The position numbers and the translations under genes are program-made. This document shows positions 45,709-50,204 of a stretch of DNA of 50,204 bases, one piece after another. The stretch spans positions 1 through 50,204 of the forward strand of contig CAIQJJ010000492.1 in assembly GCA_903872065.1 (NCBI GenBank), read 5' to 3'. The number at the start of each line of letters is the position of its first letter. The first letter of the stretch is position 1. The DNA comes from an uncultured Anaerolineales bacterium (lineage in GTDB: Bacteria > Chloroflexota > Anaerolineae > Anaerolineales > UBA4823). The notes beneath the pieces were generated by a model. The model was not told the DNA's origin. It saw only the letters and a list, made by a program, of their open reading frames with translations, and made no database searches.

Positions 45709-47049
45709 ATGAACCTATCCCCCTCTTCCCCTTCCTCAACACGCCTCCCATCTGGGATGTTCGCCTTTCTCATCGTGTGGCTGGGCCAGACGATCTCCGT
45801 CTTAGCCACCAACATGACTGGTTTTGCCCTGACCATTTGGGCTTACCAGGAAACCGGCAGCGCCACCGCGCTAGGACTGATGCAAGTTTGCTTCATTACA
45901 CCCTTTTTGCTCATCTCGCCGATCGCCGGGGTGATGGTAGATCGGCAAAACCGTAAATTGATGATGATGATGAGCGACCTGGGGGCCGGCGCGGCGACCA
46001 TTGCCATCCTGGTGCTGCAAGCGACCGGGCATCTGCAAATCTGGCATTTGTACATCACCGCCATCGTCACTGGCACGTTCAACGCTTTTCAGTGGCCGGC
46101 GTTTTCCGCCGCCATCACCACCATGCTGCCGAAAGAGCAGTACACGCGCGCCAATGGCTTGATGTCGTTGATTGAGGCCGGGCCGGGCGTTTTTTCGCCC
46201 CTGCTCGCTGGCGCGCTGATGCCGGTGATCGGCTTTACCGGCATCTTGCTGATTGATGTCGCCACCTTCATCCTGGCGATCCTGGCGCTGCTGATTGTCT
46301 TTGTGCCGCAGCCGCAGCGCACTGCGGAGGGCATCAAAGCCGAAGGCAGCCTCCTCAAAGAAGCCGCCTATGGATTTCGCTACATCTTTGAGCGCCCCAG
46401 CCTGTTGGGATTGCAACTGGTCTTTCTGATGGGCAACCTGATGAGCGGTATTGCCGGCGTTGTCGTCGCGCCGATGATCCTGTCGCGCACCAATTTCAAC
46501 CAGCAGACTTACGGGATGGTGCAGTCTGTGATGGCGGCTGGCGCGGTGATGGGCGGCGTCTTGATCAGCGTTTGGGGAGGCACCAAACGCCGCGTGCATG
46601 GGGTGCTGTTGGGGTGGATGTTCAGCAGTTTGATTGGACAAACTCTGCTCGGCTTAGGACGCGACCTGCCGCTATGGCTGGCGGCGGCGTTCTTGGGCAC
46701 TCTATTCATCCCCTGGGTCAACAGTTCCAACCAGGCCATCTGGCAGGCCAAGGTCGCGCCTGATTTGCAGGGGCGCGTCTTCTCGGCGCGCCGCCTGATC
46801 GCCTGGATCACGCAGCCGATCGCGCCGCTGATCGGCGGGCCGCTGGCCGATTTCGTGCTGGAGCCAGCGATGCGCGAGGGCGGTTGGTTGGCTGGAACTT
46901 TTGGCTGGCTGGTGGGCGTCGGCCCAGGCTCAGGGATGGCGCTGGTGTTAATCTTCACCGGCCTGTGCGCAGCGTTGGTCGGAGTGGGAGGCTACGCCTT
47001 CCGCGCGGTGCGGGATGCAGAGAGCATCCTGCCCGATTACATTCCATGA
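45709..47049 (+). CDS. MFS transporter (DHA3/MefA-like)
   Basis: WLGQTIS, GVMVDRQNRK (motif A), QGRVFS; about 12 TMs. Confidence 0.9.
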   Translation: MNLSPSSPSSTRLPSGMFAFLIVWLGQTISVLATNMTGFALTIWAYQETGSATALGLMQVCFITPFLLISPIAGVMVDRQNRKLMMMMSDLGAGAATIAILVLQATGHLQIWHLYITAIVTGTFNAFQWPAFSAAITTMLPKEQYTRANGLMSLIEAGPGVFSPLLAGALMPVIGFTGILLIDVATFILAILALLIVFVPQPQRTAEGIKAEGSLLKEAAYGFRYIFERPSLLGLQLVFLMGNLMSGIAGVVVAPMILSRTNFNQQTYGMVQSVMAAGAVMGGVLISVWGGTKRRVHGVLLGWMFSSLIGQTLLGLGRDLPLWLAAAFLGTLFIPWVNSSNQAIWQAKVAPDLQGRVFSARRLIAWITQPIAPLIGGPLADFVLEPAMREGGWLAGTFGWLVGVGPGSGMALVLIFTGLCAALVGVGGYAFRAVRDAESILPDYIP

Positions 47050-47071
47050 TCCGATAACAATTGAGGTTGGT

Positions 47072-48808
47072 ATGCTCCCGCAAAAGAATCCTGTGAACCC
47101 TGACCGCTTGATTGTCATTCCATTGGATGATCGGATTGTCAATTATGAATGCCCGCAGCTCTTAGGAGAAGCCGGCGGGGTGGAAGTGCAAATGCCGCCC
47201 AAAGATTGGCTTGGCACTCCCTGGCGCACGGGACAGATGGAGAATATTTCCAACTGGCTGGCTGAGGCTGTCCAGGCCGGGGCGAGCGGGATCATCGTTG
47301 CGCTGGACACGCTGGGCTACGGCGGGCTGGTCAACTCGCGGCGCTCATCGGATACGGCGGAAGAGGTCATGGCGCGCCTGCAAATTTTGGGCGAGTTGAA
47401 AGCGCAGCGCCCGGCCCTGAGCATTTTGGCCTACAATATCCTGATGCGGATTAACCGCAGCAATGACGCTGAGGAAGAAAAACCTTACGTGGCGGTCTAT
47501 GGCAGCCGCCTGTTCGAGATGTCAGTCTGCGCTGACAAACAAAATATGGCGGTGGCCAGCCCCGAAGACCAGACCCGCCTGGCGGCGCTGCAAGCAGAAA
47601 TTCCGCCTGAGATCGTCGCCGACTACCTGGCAGGCCGGGCGCGCAATCATCAAGTCAACCGCGCCATGCTGGATTGGACAAAGGCCGGCGTGTTTGACTA
47701 TCTGATCATCGCCCAGGATGACACGGTAGATTACGGCTGGAATATCGCCGAGGCGCGCCGCCTGCGGCAAGAGGCGCGCGAGAAGCGCCTGGCCGCCAAA
47801 GTATCCGTCTACCCCGGCGCGGATGATATTGGCATGCTGCTGGTGGGACGCTTTCTCGCCAGCCGGCGCGGTTTTCAGCCGCGGATTTGGACGCGTTATA
47901 GCAGCGCCCGCCATGCCCAGGTGATCACCGACTACGAAGACCGGCCAATGGAAGAACTGGTCAAGGCCCATTTAGGGCCGTTGGGCGGCATCCTGGCCGA
48001 AAGCCCCGACCAGGCGGATATCTGGCTCTATCTCAACACGCCGGCGGAAATCCAGGGCAATGGGCCGGATCAATATGTGGTCTCGGTGGATGAGGCTTAC
48101 ATTCGCGCCCAGCCTCCCGCAGTGCAGCAGGCCTTTCGCAATTACCTGGCTTACCCCGGTCTGCAAGACACCCTGCGTGAGATGCACACGCCGCAGCGCA
48201 ACGGCGTCGAGTTCGCCCGCAGCCTGCAGCAGGCGCTGCAAAGCGGCAAGACCTGCGCCCTGGCAGATGTGGCTTTCGTCAATGCCAGCGATAAGGCGCT
48301 CGGCGACACTTTGTGCGAACTGACCGATATCGCCCAACTGGCGGCTTATGGGGGCTGGAACACCGCCGGCAATACCTTGGGAACGGTCATCGGGCAGGCG
48401 GTCATCCGCCATCTCCAACGCCTGTACGGCGCGACGCCGCAAATGCTGGCCGCCCACGCCCGTTTCCTCTTCCTGCGTTTTGTTGAGGACTACCTCTATC
48501 AAAGTCACTGGCGCACCAAATTCATGCTCGAAACCCTGCCGCAGATCGGCGCCAGGCCGACGACCGGCAAGCTTGAGCCAGAACACCTGCCGCAAGTGTT
48601 GGAACTGCTCGTCCAACAGTTGCGCGCCGCAGCCAACAGCCTGGCGCAAGAGGCCTTTGTGGGCAAAAGCATCGCCGCCGGAGAGACCGCCATCGTCCTG
48701 GAGGCGCTCAGGATTGACGGACTCTCCCTGCCGTGGGGACGCCTGTTCGACCTGACGCTGGACATCGGCTGTGAGTACCGCGTCCATACGCAAGAAGATC
48801 GCCAATGA
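47072..48808 (+). CDS. DUF4127 family protein
   Basis: IPLDDR, YGGLVNSR, QDD, YPGADD, ADVAFVN, YGGWNTAGNTLG motifs. Confidence 0.82.
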   Translation: MLPQKNPVNPDRLIVIPLDDRIVNYECPQLLGEAGGVEVQMPPKDWLGTPWRTGQMENISNWLAEAVQAGASGIIVALDTLGYGGLVNSRRSSDTAEEVMARLQILGELKAQRPALSILAYNILMRINRSNDAEEEKPYVAVYGSRLFEMSVCADKQNMAVASPEDQTRLAALQAEIPPEIVADYLAGRARNHQVNRAMLDWTKAGVFDYLIIAQDDTVDYGWNIAEARRLRQEAREKRLAAKVSVYPGADDIGMLLVGRFLASRRGFQPRIWTRYSSARHAQVITDYEDRPMEELVKAHLGPLGGILAESPDQADIWLYLNTPAEIQGNGPDQYVVSVDEAYIRAQPPAVQQAFRNYLAYPGLQDTLREMHTPQRNGVEFARSLQQALQSGKTCALADVAFVNASDKALGDTLCELTDIAQLAAYGGWNTAGNTLGTVIGQAVIRHLQRLYGATPQMLAAHARFLFLRFVEDYLYQSHWRTKFMLETLPQIGARPTTGKLEPEHLPQVLELLVQQLRAAANSLAQEAFVGKSIAAGETAIVLEALRIDGLSLPWGRLFDLTLDIGCEYRVHTQEDRQ

Positions 48809-48834
48809 ATGCGGGTGTACTCAAGCAGCGCCAG

Positions 48835-49704
48835 CTATTGCAGGCCGGTTAACTCCAGGCTGGTCTGCCACAAGCGCTGCTGATTTTGCCGGTCATAAGA
48901 GATCTTCGCCGAGGGCATCTCGCGCTGCTGATCATCGAAATACTTACCCGTGACGCTCTCCAGCTTGGGCGAGGTCGCCAGGAGCAGTGACGTTTGCGCC
49001 CCCCTTTCCGGCGTCAAGGTCCAGGGCTTCATTAACACCAACACCCACCGCCAGAGCCGGCCATTGTTTGTGGCAAAGTTGGAGGCGACAAAGCCAGGAT
49101 GCAGCACATTGGCAGTGACAGGCTGATCGGCCAGGCGGCGCGCCAGCTCGTAGGTGAACAAAACATTGGCCAGTTTGCTCAACGAATACGCCCCCCAGCC
49201 CGAATAGCGCTGGCTCTGCAGATCATTGAAATCCAGCTTGGCGCCAAAATGCGCCCCGGAGGAGACGTTCACCACGCGGGCGGCTGCGCCGGGTTTTCCA
49301 CTGGCGATCAGCGTCTCCAAGAGCAAATTGGTCAGCAAGAAAGGCGACAGGTGGTTCAACGCAAAAGTCAGTTCCAGACCATCCGCGCTGAGGTAGCGCT
49401 TCATGAAGAAAGCGCCGGCGTTGTTGACCAGCACATCCAGGCGGGAGTAGCGGGCGCGAAATTCCTGCGCCAGCCGCCGCACCTGGCTTTGCTGCGAGAG
49501 ATCGGCCAGGAGATATTCAACCGCCTGGCTGCCGGTCTGTTGGCGGATCTGCGCCGCGACAGAGGCGCTTTTTTCGGCGCTGCGTCCCACCCCGACCACG
49601 ACTGCGCCCCGCCGCGCCAGCTCACGCGCCGTTTCCAACCCGATGCCGGCGGTCGCGCCGGTGACCAGACAAACTTTGCCGCTCATTGAGTTTTGCAAAG
49701 ACAT
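48835..49704 (-). CDS. SDR family oxidoreductase (retinol dehydrogenase-like)
   Basis: TGATAGIG, VNNAG, NVSS, YSLSK, HPGFV. Confidence 0.92.
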   Translation of the reverse strand: MSLQNSMSGKVCLVTGATAGIGLETARELARRGAVVVGVGRSAEKSASVAAQIRQQTGSQAVEYLLADLSQQSQVRRLAQEFRARYSRLDVLVNNAGAFFMKRYLSADGLELTFALNHLSPFLLTNLLLETLIASGKPGAAARVVNVSSGAHFGAKLDFNDLQSQRYSGWGAYSLSKLANVLFTYELARRLADQPVTANVLHPGFVASNFATNNGRLWRWVLVLMKPWTLTPERGAQTSLLLATSPKLESVTGKYFDDQQREMPSAKISYDRQNQQRLWQTSLELTGLQ

Positions 49705-49879
49705 CTTTTTCGCTCCAATTCCTGGTTTTGTTGAAATGCGCCGGCGCCCTAGCTGGCGCGGCGAAGCATGATTTTTTGCCCGCGCCAAGTATAATCGTCC
49801 CCCAAACGAAATCCCAGGCACGCGGGCGCGCTTCTCATAAAATCTTAAGTTAGAAAGCGTGGATTCGTGCAAGATCGGC

Positions 49880-49908
49880 TTGACAAGGGAGGAGGGCGCG
49901 GGTAAAAT
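49880..49908 (+). promoter_or_regulatory. Sigma-70 promoter of the tRNA operon
   Basis: TTGACA-17 nt-TAAAAT. Confidence 0.8.
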
Positions 49909-49942
49909 TGCTTCGCTTGATTGGATAGTCTTGTACATTTAG

Positions 49943-50015
49943 GCCGAGATAGCTCAGTTGGTAGAGCACGCGACTGAAAATTGCGGTGTCGTCAGTTCGA
50001 TCCTGACTCTCGGCA
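49943..50015 (+). tRNA. tRNA-Phe(GAA)
   Basis: GCCGAGA..TCTCGGC-A, anticodon arm CGCGA-CT-GAA-AA-TTGCG. Confidence 0.95.
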
Positions 50016-50058
50016 CTGACGACCCGTAAGGGTCGCGACGACCTGAAAGGTCAAAGAT

Positions 50059-50131
50059 GCGGGCATGGTTCAGTTGGTAGAACGACTCCTTGCCAAGGAG
50101 TAGGTCACGGGTTCGAGTCCCGTTGCCCGCT
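50059..50131 (+). tRNA. tRNA-Gly(GCC)
   Basis: GCGGGCA..TGCCCGC-T, anticodon arm ACTCC-TT-GCC-AA-GGAGT. Confidence 0.95.
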
Positions 50132-50155
50132 CTCAGGATAGAGCGCTTTGAAGGT

Positions 50156-50192
50156 AGATTGCTGATTGGAACTCAATCAGCAATCTTTCTTT
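50156..50192 (+). terminator. Terminator after the tRNA operon
   Basis: AGATTGCTGATTG-GAACT-CAATCAGCAATCT followed by TTCTTT. Confidence 0.75.
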
Positions 50193-50204
50193 AGCAACCT
50201 GACA

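Noticed and set aside
49705-49938. N-terminal extension of the SDR
   Set aside because: It runs through the tRNA promoter; the SDR fold starts near ATG 49704.

Overview
GC-rich bacterial chromosomal segment. The gene content (stand-alone V4R protein, GAF histidine kinases, Pro/Thr-rich lipoproteins, C39-TPR protein, DUF2089/SHOCT-like operon) suggests Chloroflexota, probably Anaerolineae; this is inference, not a database result. It holds about 43 CDS and 4 tRNAs (Pro-TGG, Leu-CAA, Phe-GAA, Gly-GCC). No CRISPR array, rRNA or mobile element was seen. Left to right: a sugar cluster (two ABC importers around a DegT aminotransferase, GH4 hydrolase, cupin PGI and ROK kinase), an ECF sigma/anti-sigma pair, crp/fnr-moaA, a cytoplasmic phosphorelay, dcd, a CapA-like lipoprotein, ftcd, V4R, mce, hsp20, birA, dedA, prsW, glgC, a TetR-controlled ABC/HlyD exporter, ygiQ, a five-gene SHOCT-like operon, MFS, DUF4127 and an SDR. 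Highlights: (1) two apparent ORFs are one lipoprotein gene with an in-frame UGA in a DsbA-type UxxC motif (DFQ-U-PGC) and a SECIS-like hairpin, i.e. a probable exported selenoprotein fused to a cyclophilin; (2) all five products of one operon carry the same SHOCT/YvlB-like helix pair; (3) the sugar cluster resembles 3-amino-sugar (kanosamine-type) metabolism; (4) DnaA boxes phased at exactly 21 bp lie away from dnaA; (5) two kinases have an atypical HWxGN H-box.
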